Positions 26,627 through 35,935 of a DNA stretch of 64,000 bases are shown here, one piece after another. Below the pieces are notes generated by a model. It did not search any database. It was not told where the DNA came from and was given only the letters and a program-made list of their open reading frames with translations. This DNA comes from Bacteroidota bacterium. GTDB taxonomy: Bacteria > Bacteroidota > Bacteroidia > AKYH767-A > OLB10. The stretch is taken from the NCBI GenBank assembly GCA_947453935.1, contig CANGJU010000001.1, positions 11,112-75,111 on the forward strand, in the 5' to 3' direction. Position numbers and translations under genes: made by a program. Numbering within the stretch: position 1 is the first letter of the stretch; every line of letters begins with the position of its first letter.

Positions 26627-28054
26627 TTATTGTTCTAAATTGTTTTCAGAATTAATTAGTTGTAAAGTATTATCAACTAATTGAACTTTTTGATTAAGCT
26701 TGATTGAATTATTATCGCCTGTAATTATGCTTACATCAATGCCTCTATTCTTGAATTCATCTACGAGCAAGATTATATACTCAAAGCGCGCACTTGCTGA
26801 AGCTCTGGAATTGACTTCCCGATTAAAAGAATCTACTAAGTTCTGAGCATCGCAGCTCGAAAGAATTTTCTTCCATTCATTTCTACGTTTTTCACCTCCA
26901 AAGTCTTTATCGAAATATTCTATTAGCTGGTTAAGTTTCTCAGTATCTAAATTTTCCCATGGGTAATCAAGATTTCCAAAATGTCCGTGAACTGCGGTTG
27001 GACCATAAATCGGACGCTTTAATTGAAGTGCGTTGATTATTCCCTTCGGACTTAAATCAAATACCGACCTAACGGCAAGGGCTAACCGAGAATCTACATG
27101 ATGTAAACTGGTTCCATGGGTATCAACATGAACTGATAATGGTTGATTATGTCCAATAGCATACGATAACTGAATGGTACATTCTTTCGCAAGTCCTGAA
27201 GCAACAATTAATTTTGCAATCCAGCGAGCCATGTACGCTGCTGATCGATCTACTTTACTTGGATCTTTGCCTGAGAATGCGCCACCACCATGCGGACATT
27301 TTCCTCCATACGTATCAACAATAATTTTTCTTCCTGTTAATCCGGTATCTCCATGTGGACCACCAATGGTGAATCTTCCAGAAGGATTAATGAAATATTC
27401 CGTTTCTGATTCTCCTTTGTAGTTTGCAATTACAGGATTAATGATTTCACGAATTATAAATTCGTGTAAAAATTCTTGAGAGATATCGGGAGTGTGCTGT
27501 GCTGAAAAAACTACTTTACTAACTCCTATAGGCGAGTTGAGTTTATAATCGACAGTTACCTGCGATTTTGCATCAGGAAGTAAGAATGGATAGTTGCCAG
27601 TGTCACGTAGCTCCTGATGTTTGCGAATAAGTTCATGTGCAAGATAAATTGGGAGCGGCATAAGGTTCGGACCTTCAGAAGTTGCGTAACCGAACATGAG
27701 TCCTTGATCACCTGCACCACCATCAATAACGCTATCGTTAATCTCTTTACTTTGTTGATGTAAGAGGTTTTGATAGAAGGCCGTTTTCCAATTAAAGCCA
27801 GTTGATGAATCGTTATATCCGATTCGCTCTAACACTTCCTTCGCAATCGCAATTGGATCAACTACAGCAGAGGAGGTGACTTCTCCTGCAATGGTTAAAT
27901 GGTTGGTGGTGATTAAACATTCGCATGCAACTTTTGCATCCGGGTCTTTTGCTAAATAAGCATCTAAGATAGCGTCTGAAATTTGATCAGCCACTTTGTC
28001 TGGGTGTCCTGCCGACACCGATTCGCTTGTGAACGAATGATTGAATAGATTCAT
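26627..28054 (-). CDS. metK: S-adenosylmethionine synthetase with ~85-aa C-terminal extension
   Basis: N-terminus FTSESVSAGHPDKVADQISDAILDA and GGPHGDTGLTGRKIIVDTYGG motif. Core ends near YPWENLD at about residue 370, but the ORF continues to 475 aa. Confidence 0.85.
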   Translation of the reverse strand: MNLFNHSFTSESVSAGHPDKVADQISDAILDAYLAKDPDAKVACECLITTNHLTIAGEVTSSAVVDPIAIAKEVLERIGYNDSSTGFNWKTAFYQNLLHQQSKEINDSVIDGGAGDQGLMFGYATSEGPNLMPLPIYLAHELIRKHQELRDTGNYPFLLPDAKSQVTVDYKLNSPIGVSKVVFSAQHTPDISQEFLHEFIIREIINPVIANYKGESETEYFINPSGRFTIGGPHGDTGLTGRKIIVDTYGGKCPHGGGAFSGKDPSKVDRSAAYMARWIAKLIVASGLAKECTIQLSYAIGHNQPLSVHVDTHGTSLHHVDSRLALAVRSVFDLSPKGIINALQLKRPIYGPTAVHGHFGNLDYPWENLDTEKLNQLIEYFDKDFGGEKRRNEWKKILSSCDAQNLVDSFNREVNSRASASARFEYIILLVDEFKNRGIDVSIITGDNNSIKLNQKVQLVDNTLQLINSENNLEQ

Positions 28055-28139
28055 AGTATGAAAGAATTAAAGATTAATTTCTAACTCAATACATACATCA
28101 AAAAGAAGCGAAGTGGATATCCTGTTATATTTTGACTGA

Positions 28140-28360
28140 ACGTCCACATCGCTTCACCACCGTGGCGCGGATACGCTCGGTTGGTATTATAGTCGGAACT
28201 ATAATTCTTGATGTATTAAAAAATAAAGAACAAATTGTATTCAGCAATTTGTAAATTAAACGAGAGGAGGGAGGGTTTATTGTGCAAAGCGCTTTTTTGA
28301 CTCCTGGTCCGCATCGTTTTACCACCGTTGCATCGTCCGCTCGGTTGGTATCATATTTAC
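28140..28360. repeat. Two copies of a REP-like hairpin element (ACCACCG...CGGTTGGTAT)
   Basis: Copies at ~28156-28190 and ~28320-28354 share conserved stem arms with variable loops and conserved flanks (CGATG-YGGAC...AGTCAAAA on the minus strand). Confidence 0.5.
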
Positions 28361-28470
28361 ATATGATGTCTGAATGATCTGCAAAGTAAAAGCGATTTTT
28401 TTAATTATCCAAATCATTTTTTCTAATTGACCTGTATTGTCGGAAAAATTAAATTGGAATAAATGATTAA

Positions 28471-28917
28471 TCAGGAAAAATACTTTTTATAAAATTCAAT
28501 TTGGTGGGCGACTAATAAATCGTTTAATTCATTTAGCGAATTCTTTTTCTTGTGATGCTGCTCTTGATTTTCAACATAGCGTATTAGTCGTTCTTTTTCT
28601 TTAACTGTATAGGTGAAGGCTCCGTAACCTGATTGCCATCCATTAAATTTTTTGAAGAGCTTTTGTTCTTTGATAAAATGGGTGCTTGATAGTTTAATGT
28701 CTTTTACCAACGCAGCCAAGGAAACGGATGGATGTAGGTCGCATACAATGTGCAGGTGATCTTCAACCCCGTTAACACAATGTGTGAAGCATTTTTTATT
28801 TCGGATTACAGTTGCAATATATGCGAACAATTCTTGGCGTTTATCGGCGCTTAATGTTTTTTCTCTTCGCTTCGTCGCAAAAACTATCTGGTAAATGATT
28901 TGAGTATAGGTCGTCAT
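28471..28917 (-). CDS. tnpA: IS200/IS605-family HUH (Y1) transposase, RAYT-like
   Basis: 148 aa with HuH motif (DHLHIV) and C-terminal catalytic Tyr region (GYGAFTY). Flanked on both sides by hairpin repeat arrays. Confidence 0.65.
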   Translation of the reverse strand: MTTYTQIIYQIVFATKRREKTLSADKRQELFAYIATVIRNKKCFTHCVNGVEDHLHIVCDLHPSVSLAALVKDIKLSSTHFIKEQKLFKKFNGWQSGYGAFTYTVKEKERLIRYVENQEQHHKKKNSLNELNDLLVAHQIEFYKKYFS

Positions 28918-28929
28918 ATAGGTATTTTT

Positions 28930-29290
28930 TATTGAACCGCGTCGCGGTTCGGCGTTGTCGGTTATATGTCTATCGTTAATGTTGGTGAACCGCGTTGCGG
29001 TTCATATCACAACCCCGCCATAATGCGGGGTTGAATAAATGTGGCAAAATGTGGTTTGAAATTTTTATTGTTTTCTATTCATTCATTCGTTTTGTTGACA
29101 ACCCCGCCGCATGGTGGGGTTGAATAACGGTAGCATTAGTTGATTCGAAATATTGTAATTGTATTTTCATCATTTATTGATGACGATCACAACCCCGCCG
29201 ATAGCGGAGTTGAATAATGGTGGTTTAAATGGTTTGAAAAATTTTCATTGATAGCGGTTCATTTATCGGAATGCATAAATAAATCGTACG
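28930..29290. repeat. REP-like hairpin array, including a 3x ~85-bp tandem repeat
   Basis: GAACCGCGTCGCGGTTC at 28934-28950 and GAACCGCGTTGCGGTTC at 28987-29003. CACAACCCCGCC-N6-GCGGGGTTGAATAA units at 29011, 29100 and 29191, each followed by a TGGTTTGAAA-TTTT-ATTG motif. Confidence 0.6.
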
Positions 29291-29402
29291 CAATTTTAGG
29301 AAACAAGAATTATTTATTCGGTTGGTAAATGATTATATCCATTTACAAACGATTAATTAAAAATTGTAGGATAATTATCAATGTCAATCATATCTTTGTA
29401 GG

Positions 29403-30302
29403 ATGCAATTTAGTTTATTAAGCAGGTGTTTAGGACATACAGGTGGTGTGTATGATTTAATTAAAATTTCGGATAGGGAATTTTTATCAGCGTCGGGCGA
29501 TCGATTAGTAGTGTCTTGGAATATTGATAATCCGGAGCATGGAAATCTAATTGCAAGAGCAGCTGATAGTATTTATGCAATCTGTTTTTTGTCGGATACG
29601 AATGAGCTTTTAATTGGACAGGCAAAAGGCGAAATTCATGTCATAGATTTATCGACTAATCAGGAAAAGAAATTATTAAAGATAAATGACAAAGGCGTGT
29701 TTTCTATTTTAGAAAACAAATTGAAAAACAAAATTTACGTTTTAGGTGGTGATGGAGTTTTATCTGTTTTAAATTCAAAAGATTATTCATTGATTGCTAA
29801 AAAGAAGATTTCTACAATGAAGCTTCGTTCTGTTTTGTTTGATGAAGCATCTAACAAACTTTATTTCGGGTGTGGTGAAGGTGTTGTAACTGTTTTTGAT
29901 GATGATTCAATGGAACTGTTATTAAGCAATCAAATTTCTAATAACGGATTTTCAATTAATACAATGATGGATTTTTCGGAAGAACATATTATATGTGGAG
30001 GAAGAGACGCGCATTTACGATGGATACAAAAAGGTGACTTATCAATTGTTGATGCAGTGCCTGCTCATAACTATGCAATCTATAAAATCAGTTTTTCTCC
30101 CGATAAAAATTTATTTGCTACTGCAAGTCGCGATAAAACTTTGAAGATTTGGGACGCAAAAACAAAGCAGATTATTCAGCGCATTGAGCAAGCAAGCGAC
30201 GGACATCTTAATTCAGTAAATACACTTTTATGGATGGATGATCACACTCTTATAAGTGCAGGTGATGATCGTTCAATTAATATCTGGAGAAAAAATAATT
30301 AA
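29403..30302 (+). CDS. WD40-repeat protein
   Basis: Repeated WD motifs (TLKIWDAKT, SINIWRKN), about 7 blades. Confidence 0.7.
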   Translation: MQFSLLSRCLGHTGGVYDLIKISDREFLSASGDRLVVSWNIDNPEHGNLIARAADSIYAICFLSDTNELLIGQAKGEIHVIDLSTNQEKKLLKINDKGVFSILENKLKNKIYVLGGDGVLSVLNSKDYSLIAKKKISTMKLRSVLFDEASNKLYFGCGEGVVTVFDDDSMELLLSNQISNNGFSINTMMDFSEEHIICGGRDAHLRWIQKGDLSIVDAVPAHNYAIYKISFSPDKNLFATASRDKTLKIWDAKTKQIIQRIEQASDGHLNSVNTLLWMDDHTLISAGDDRSINIWRKNN

Positions 30303-31450
30303 GCAGGAATGCTAATCTTTACAGTAGTTCCAATTCCTAATAGCGATTCGAGGGTAATAGTTCCTCCTAATTTTGAAACCATTTCCTTGCAGATATATAA
30401 ACCGAGACCAGTTCCTTCTACGCTGCTTGTTGCTCGATAAAACATATCAAAAATTTTAGGTAGACTTCTTTCGCTTATCCCGATGCCATTATCTTGAATC
30501 GTTATTTCAAGAAATGAATTTTGCTTTGAAACAATTATCTTAACAAAACAATTATCATTATTTGACTTTCTGTATTTTACTGAATTGCTAATAATGTTTT
30601 TCAGTATGGTGGTCAAACGAAATTTATCACTTGAAATAGCAGGAGCAGTATTGAATTCAATATCAAAATTGATGTTTGCTGAGTGTTTTAAGTCCTCTGT
30701 AATCTGCCTTAGTATCACTGCTAAGTCTAAATCTGTATTTTGAATATCAAATCTGGCATTGCGACTATAATCTAAAATTTCAACAATGGAATTATCTAAT
30801 CGATTTATGGAATTAATAATCATTTGTAAAAGTGATATGGTAGATTCGCTTAATTCCTCTCGTTGTTTTATAATATCTATTATGCCGTGAATAGATAATA
30901 ACGGAGAGCGTAAATCGTGCGATACACTGTAAACAAATCTGTCAAGCTCCGCATTTGCTTTTTTGAGTTCATCGTTTTTAGCGGCGAGCATTTCATTTGA
31001 ATGATTCGAATCTTCTACTGCCATTTGCTGTACTCGCAAATTTTGTATCATATCGATAGTCGAATCATGCACAGCAAAATCATTGATCTTTAATCCGAGT
31101 TTTTCAAAATCTTTTTCATTCAAAATCCAAGGTGATCCACAAAAGAGTAATGATTTATTTTCTTCGTGAAAGACAAACTCTCCTTTTAAACGAAACGTAA
31201 ATTCGTTCGATTTGCCTGCTAAAATGAAAATTTGATTTTCATATAATCGAATAGAATCAATTTGATATTTGATGCCAAGGCCGGGGCGTACGAATGAAAA
31301 ATACTTGGTAAAAGGCATACCCACACAATCGTCACCGATTATTTTTTTTAAGCTGTTACCCGCCTCTGTAATTATTAATTCTTGATTAAGAAAAAAGTGA
31401 AATGGGAACAATCTGCTTATTAGTAAATTGCTCTCTTTAGTGCTAATCAT
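30299..31450 (-). CDS. H-NOX-associated sensor histidine kinase (HNOBA-HisKA-HATPase_c), cytoplasmic
   Basis: N-terminal region FRLKGEFVFHEENKSLLFCGSPWILNEKDFEKLGLKINDFAVHDSTIDMIQNL aligns with the sGC HNOBA domain. H-box SHDLRSP. G-box GTGLGL. No TM segments. Confidence 0.8.
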   Translation of the reverse strand: MISTKESNLLISRLFPFHFFLNQELIITEAGNSLKKIIGDDCVGMPFTKYFSFVRPGLGIKYQIDSIRLYENQIFILAGKSNEFTFRLKGEFVFHEENKSLLFCGSPWILNEKDFEKLGLKINDFAVHDSTIDMIQNLRVQQMAVEDSNHSNEMLAAKNDELKKANAELDRFVYSVSHDLRSPLLSIHGIIDIIKQREELSESTISLLQMIINSINRLDNSIVEILDYSRNARFDIQNTDLDLAVILRQITEDLKHSANINFDIEFNTAPAISSDKFRLTTILKNIISNSVKYRKSNNDNCFVKIIVSKQNSFLEITIQDNGIGISERSLPKIFDMFYRATSSVEGTGLGLYICKEMVSKLGGTITLESLLGIGTTVKISIPA

Positions 31451-31995
31451 TGTATAATATCGATTTCAAAAATATCATGCTCATCTCCATTTCTACGATC
31501 AGCTACAAGTGCAACATTAATTGGAGTATTATAAAGTTCACCTAACCCCTGTATAAGTCCGAACATAAAGTCTGTTAGTCCTTGTCTTGTTGAATAATAA
31601 TGCAACATCAGTTTACTAGCAGTCGCTTTTTCAACGATAAATTCCGGCGGTTTAATATCGGAGTAGATAAGCATTACACGGCTATGAAAATTAGGAAGGT
31701 TAACGATAAAGTCGATGAAGTTATCTCCACCAGATTTCATCAACGGCCCATATTTTTCATTGCCTACTTTTATTATCCAGTATTTGCCAAACGTTTTTAA
31801 TACATCGGAAAGTGGGATATCTAATATTTCAGATGCGGATATTGCCAGATTGAATGTGATGCTATCATCGTAAATTTCATTACTTAAAAAAGCCTCTTCT
31901 GCAACACCTGCTTTTTGTTTTATTTTATTCCAATTATCGCTTCCAAAGTTGTCGATAACTAATCCTTGGATGGCTTGATTTACTAAACCGTACAT
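31447..31995 (-). CDS. hnoX: H-NOX (heme-nitric oxide/oxygen binding) domain protein
   Basis: MYGLVNQAIQGLVIDNFGSDNWNKIK...IYDDS closely resembles the sGC beta1 H-NOX N-terminus. Proximal His at residue 104 (NFHSRV). YxSxR motif (HYYSTRQ). 4-nt overlap with the kinase gene. Confidence 0.85.
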   Translation of the reverse strand: MYGLVNQAIQGLVIDNFGSDNWNKIKQKAGVAEEAFLSNEIYDDSITFNLAISASEILDIPLSDVLKTFGKYWIIKVGNEKYGPLMKSGGDNFIDFIVNLPNFHSRVMLIYSDIKPPEFIVEKATASKLMLHYYSTRQGLTDFMFGLIQGLGELYNTPINVALVADRRNGDEHDIFEIDIIQ

Positions 31996-32132
31996 AATAC
32001 TTAATGTTAATTAATTCGGGAAGATAGTAAAATCTAATGTATTTTGTGTATGAAAAAACAAACTGAATAATTCTATTAAGAAATAAAACAATAATGCAAT
32101 AATTACAATAAGATGTTTCATAAATTTGTTTA

Positions 32133-33170
32133 ATGAGAAATCAGCATTTAGATCCTGAAAAAGAAAAAATGAACAGTACGGAAAAAGACATTGAAAAAGT
32201 GTTAAGGCCGGGTGACTTCAGTGATTTTACTGGTCAGGACCTGGTTGTTGAGAATTTGAAAATTTTTGTAAAGGCTGCTGCTCAACGAGGAGAATCACTT
32301 GATCACGTGTTATTGCACGGCCCTCCGGGATTAGGAAAAACGACCTTAGCCTATATCATTTCAAATGAGTTGGGGTCGAATATTAAAACAACTTCAGGAC
32401 CTGTATTAGATAAGCCAGGTGATCTTGCTGGTTTGCTGACTAACCTTGAACCGAATGATGTTTTATTTATTGATGAAATTCATCGATTAAGTCCTGTAGT
32501 GGAAGAGTATTTATACTCTGCCATGGAAGACTTTCGCATTGACATTATGATTGAAAGTGGACCCAATGCACGTTCGGTACAAATTCAATTGAATCCTTTT
32601 ACATTGGTTGGTGCAACTACTCGCTCTGGATTGTTAACGGCGCCATTGCGTGCTCGTTTCGGTATCACGTCACGTTTAGAATACTATGATGCGAAACGAT
32701 TAACATTAATTGTGCAGCGTGCAAGTGAGATATTAAAGATTGAAATTTCGGAAGAAGCAGCGTATGAAATTGCTCGTCGCAGTAGGGGAACTCCTCGTAT
32801 TGCGAATGCATTGCTACGTCGTGTGCGTGACTTTGCACAGATAAAAGGAGATGGGAACATCGATTTAGCAATTGCTCAGTTTTCATTAGAGAAATTGAAT
32901 GTAGATATGTATGGATTAGATGAAATGGATAATCGAATACTTTCATCAATCATTGATAAATTTAAAGGTGGTCCTGTTGGATTAAATACGTTAGCAACAG
33001 CAGTTGGTGAAGAAGGTGGAACGTTGGAGGAGGTGTATGAACCATTCTTGATTATGGAAGGATTTCTGGTGAGAACACCGCGAGGAAGAGAGGTAACGGA
33101 AAAGGCTTACCGTCATTTAGGGAAAAAGTATTTTAAGGATAAGGGAAGTTTATTTGATGATTTAGCGTAA
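32133..33170 (+). CDS. ruvB: Holliday junction branch migration helicase RuvB
   Basis: Walker [10 protein letters not shown]. RuvB N, AAA and C domains over the full length. Confidence 0.9.
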   Translation: MRNQHLDPEKEKMNSTEKDIEKVLRPGDFSDFTGQDLVVENLKIFVKAAAQRGESLDHVLLHGPPGLGKTTLAYIISNELGSNIKTTSGPVLDKPGDLAGLLTNLEPNDVLFIDEIHRLSPVVEEYLYSAMEDFRIDIMIESGPNARSVQIQLNPFTLVGATTRSGLLTAPLRARFGITSRLEYYDAKRLTLIVQRASEILKIEISEEAAYEIARRSRGTPRIANALLRRVRDFAQIKGDGNIDLAIAQFSLEKLNVDMYGLDEMDNRILSSIIDKFKGGPVGLNTLATAVGEEGGTLEEVYEPFLIMEGFLVRTPRGREVTEKAYRHLGKKYFKDKGSLFDDLA

Positions 33171-33214
33171 GAGTCAAACAAGTAATTTTTGCTTTGATAA
33201 ATTTGCGCCAGGGA

Positions 33215-33305
33215 TAGAAGCGATTTCCTGCGTCAGCAGAAACAAGCGGATAGCCCGGCCATGTAGTGTGCGAGCGCAGCGAGCTCTACTGCATGGAGGC
33301 GCCCA
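33215..33305. other. GC-rich hairpin-forming element in the ruvB-queG spacer
   Basis: CCATGTAG...CTGCATGG 8-bp stem enclosing GCGAGCGCAGCGAGCTC. Local GC above 60% in an AT-rich background. Confidence 0.3.
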
Positions 33306-33338
33306 AAGAAAAAAGAAAAAACAAATTAGAAGTTGTAA

Positions 33339-34247
33339 ATGACAGATATTGCTCAAAAAATTAAAGAGGAGGCCTATCGGCTGGGCTTTGAGCATGTAGG
33401 TTTTTCGAAAGCTGATTTTTTAGAGGAGGAGGCACCGCGATTAGAAAAATGGTTAACGAATAATTACCATGGTAAAATGGCGTACATGGAGAATTGGTTC
33501 GATAAGCGATTAGATCCGCGATTGCTGGTAGACGATGCAAAAACGGTTATCAGTTTACTATTAAATTATTATCCGCCACAATTACAAAATGCAGAGGCTC
33601 CACAGATTTCTAAATATGCATATGGTCGCGATTATCACTATGTGATAAAGGAAAAGTTAAAGGAGTTGTTGCACTTTATACAGGAAAATGTGGGTGAGGT
33701 GAATGGAAGGGCCTTTGTTGATTCTGCTCCAGTTTTAGACAGAGCATGGGCAAAGAAAAGTGGATTGGGTTGGGTTGGAAAGAATGGAAATCTGATTCAT
33801 CCAAAGTCAGGTTCTTTTTATTTTATTGCTGAATTAATTGTTGATTTGCCCTTACCAACGGATGCGCCTATCCGCGATTATTGCGGAACGTGTACCAGGT
33901 GTATTGATGCTTGTCCGACTCAAGCGATTATATCTCCGAAAGTAGTCGACGGTAGTAAATGCATTTCGTATTTTACTATTGAATTAAAAGAGCATATTCC
34001 TGCTTCGTATAGAGGGCAATTTGATAATTGGGCTTTTGGTTGTGATACCTGTCAGGATGTTTGTCCGTGGAATCGTTTTTCGAAACCTACGAAGGAAAAA
34101 GATTTTATTCCTGATGACAATCGATTAGCGTGGTCGCGCAGTGAATGGGAAGAGATTACGGAAGAAGTTTTTAAAAAAGTATTTAAAGATTCTCCGCTTA
34201 GTCGTTCGGGATTTGAAAAAATAAAAGACAATTTAAAATTGCTTTAG
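33339..34247 (+). CDS. queG: tRNA epoxyqueuosine(34) reductase
   Basis: Two 4Fe-4S cysteine clusters ([25 protein letters not shown]). DUF1730 plus ferredoxin-like domain. Confidence 0.85.
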   Translation: MTDIAQKIKEEAYRLGFEHVGFSKADFLEEEAPRLEKWLTNNYHGKMAYMENWFDKRLDPRLLVDDAKTVISLLLNYYPPQLQNAEAPQISKYAYGRDYHYVIKEKLKELLHFIQENVGEVNGRAFVDSAPVLDRAWAKKSGLGWVGKNGNLIHPKSGSFYFIAELIVDLPLPTDAPIRDYCGTCTRCIDACPTQAIISPKVVDGSKCISYFTIELKEHIPASYRGQFDNWAFGCDTCQDVCPWNRFSKPTKEKDFIPDDNRLAWSRSEWEEITEEVFKKVFKDSPLSRSGFEKIKDNLKLL

Positions 34248-34347
34248 TGCTGAAATAAATAGGTTGTTATACTTTAATAAAATGTTGATACGCTTCCTTC
34301 GACTACGCTCAGGAAGCTAGGGTCTGTTATAGTTTACATTAAAATGA

Positions 34348-34539
34348 TTATCGCACTACCTGCTTAAATGCCTGCATGATGATAGTACTATATCGATCCT
34401 GAAAAGTGGCGAGGCACCAGATCATTAATAATTTTCGTTCATCAGCAGTAAGCCATTTGATAGCTTTCATTAGTTCCTTACGGAATAGTTCTCTGTCAAA
34501 ACTAACTTTCGTTAAAATCTCTTTTGAATATTCAAACAT
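34348..34539 (-). CDS. Small hypothetical protein (63 aa)
   Basis: ORF only. Weak call. Confidence 0.3.
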   Translation of the reverse strand: MFEYSKEILTKVSFDRELFRKELMKAIKWLTADERKLLMIWCLATFQDRYSTIIMQAFKQVVR

Positions 34540-34630
34540 AGGAGCTTGTTTTAAGTGATATTCAAATTTAAATAATCAGGAATTAAAAAAACGAATTATT
34601 TTTAAATTTCTTGCATCAATTTTACAAAAA

Positions 34631-35194
34631 TTATTCGCTCCAGCGATAAGTGTCTTGTGTTAAACCTATTTGATCAATTATTCTATCCACGACTGTAGCT
34701 GCTAAATCTTCAAACGATTGAGGTTTACTATAAAACGATGGTGCTGCTGGCAAGATAATACCTCCTGCAAGAGTAACAGTTCGCATGTTGTCGATATGAA
34801 TTAAACTCAAAGGAGTATCTCTTGTTACTAGGATTAATTTTCTTCGCTCTTTTAAAATTACATCTGCTGCTCGTGTGGTTAAGTCGTTGCTGATTCCCGT
34901 TGCAATTCGAGCCATTGTTCCCATTGAGCAAGGACAAACAACCATTGAATCATACTTTGCGGAGCCAGATGCAAATGGAGCAAAGAAATCATTCTTATTA
35001 TAAATTTTAAAAGGCAGGTTGTCATATGAAGTGTCGCCTAGTTCGAACTTCCAAACATCTTTTGCATTATCGCTCATTACAATTCCTACTGCATCTATTT
35101 GATCTTGCAAGACAACTAGTTTGTCTAAAAGTACTTTCGCATAAATGGATCCGCTAGCACCTGTAATAGCTACGATTATTTTTTTCTTATTCAC
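34631..35194 (-). CDS. ubiX: Flavin prenyltransferase UbiX
   Basis: KKIIVAITGASGSIYAKVLLDKL flavoprotein N-terminus. 187 aa. Confidence 0.85.
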   Translation of the reverse strand: MNKKKIIVAITGASGSIYAKVLLDKLVVLQDQIDAVGIVMSDNAKDVWKFELGDTSYDNLPFKIYNKNDFFAPFASGSAKYDSMVVCPCSMGTMARIATGISNDLTTRAADVILKERRKLILVTRDTPLSLIHIDNMRTVTLAGGIILPAAPSFYSKPQSFEDLAATVVDRIIDQIGLTQDTYRWSE

Positions 35195-35813
35195 TTTTTT
35201 CTGTTTTATTTCCGAATGATTTAACCAAGGTAAAAGTAATAACAGAATTATACTGCCCTTTGTTTAAATAATAGGTTTCTCCTGAGCCATGCTCTCGAAT
35301 TGGTAATAGTGATTGAAGGTATCCAAATTCAAAATTCCAAGAGTTAGAGAAGGGAAATCCGAGTGCTCCCGCAAGGCTAATATCTACAGGAGAAAATTTA
35401 CTTCTATTTCCTAATGGTCCGTCTTGATCTTCTTCTTTTGATGAAATTAAATAGCCGATTGATGGCCCAGCGCGGAGATATAATTTACGGCTTAATGAAA
35501 AATCGTAGCTTACGGTTGACTCGATATAATTGAGACGCATGAGATAAGTAGATGGGTCGCCTTGATCTAGTTTACTTGGCTTGCGACTACCTTTTTGTAA
35601 GTAATAAAGTTGCAGACTTATAGCAGAGGTTGCTTTTATAGGGTAAGTTACGCCTAGTCCGAAGAGGGCAGTCCCTTTATTAAACCCCGAAAGCTCGTCT
35701 CCCGATACTTGACTACCAGCTGCTCCAAGGAATAATTTAGCTTTAAAATTTTGCGCTTTTAGGGATGTTAAAAAGAATATAAATAGAAGTCCTAGAATGT
35801 ATTTTAATTTCAT
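35187..35813 (-). CDS. Outer-membrane beta-barrel (porin-like) protein
   Basis: Signal peptide MKLKYILGLLFIFFLTSLKAQ. Amphipathic beta strands. 8-nt overlap with ubiX. Confidence 0.5.
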   Translation of the reverse strand: MKLKYILGLLFIFFLTSLKAQNFKAKLFLGAAGSQVSGDELSGFNKGTALFGLGVTYPIKATSAISLQLYYLQKGSRKPSKLDQGDPSTYLMRLNYIESTVSYDFSLSRKLYLRAGPSIGYLISSKEEDQDGPLGNRSKFSPVDISLAGALGFPFSNSWNFEFGYLQSLLPIREHGSGETYYLNKGQYNSVITFTLVKSFGNKTEKSE

Positions 35814-35935
35814 GAATTCACTTGTATTTTGCTCTGTAAAGGAACGAAAATAAATAATCGTCCGAAATAGTTGTTCACAAAGTTTAATAATTGAGATAAT
35901 ATTTATATCTTACATGGCTAATCGAAAAAAAGAGC

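Noticed and set aside
28125-28325. 66-aa ORF between metK and tnpA
   Set aside because: It falls entirely within the REP-like hairpin region and is Arg/Cys/Pro-rich as expected from translating GC-rich repeats.
28055-28400. Possible SAM riboswitch in the metK 5' leader
   Set aside because: The conserved elements are two copies of a hairpin with REP-like organisation. I could not fit SAM-I (GGUGGAGGGA...GCAACC) or SAM-II consensus. The adjacent HUH transposase explains repeat insertion better.
28930-29290. CRISPR array
   Set aside because: The repeats are hairpin-forming and regularly spaced, but the spacers are mutually similar and only three units exist. No cas genes are in the window.
33174-33395. 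73-aa minus-strand ORF between ruvB and queG
   Set aside because: It is a translation of the GC-rich hairpin island and overlaps the queG start. It is Cys/Arg/Phe-rich junk.
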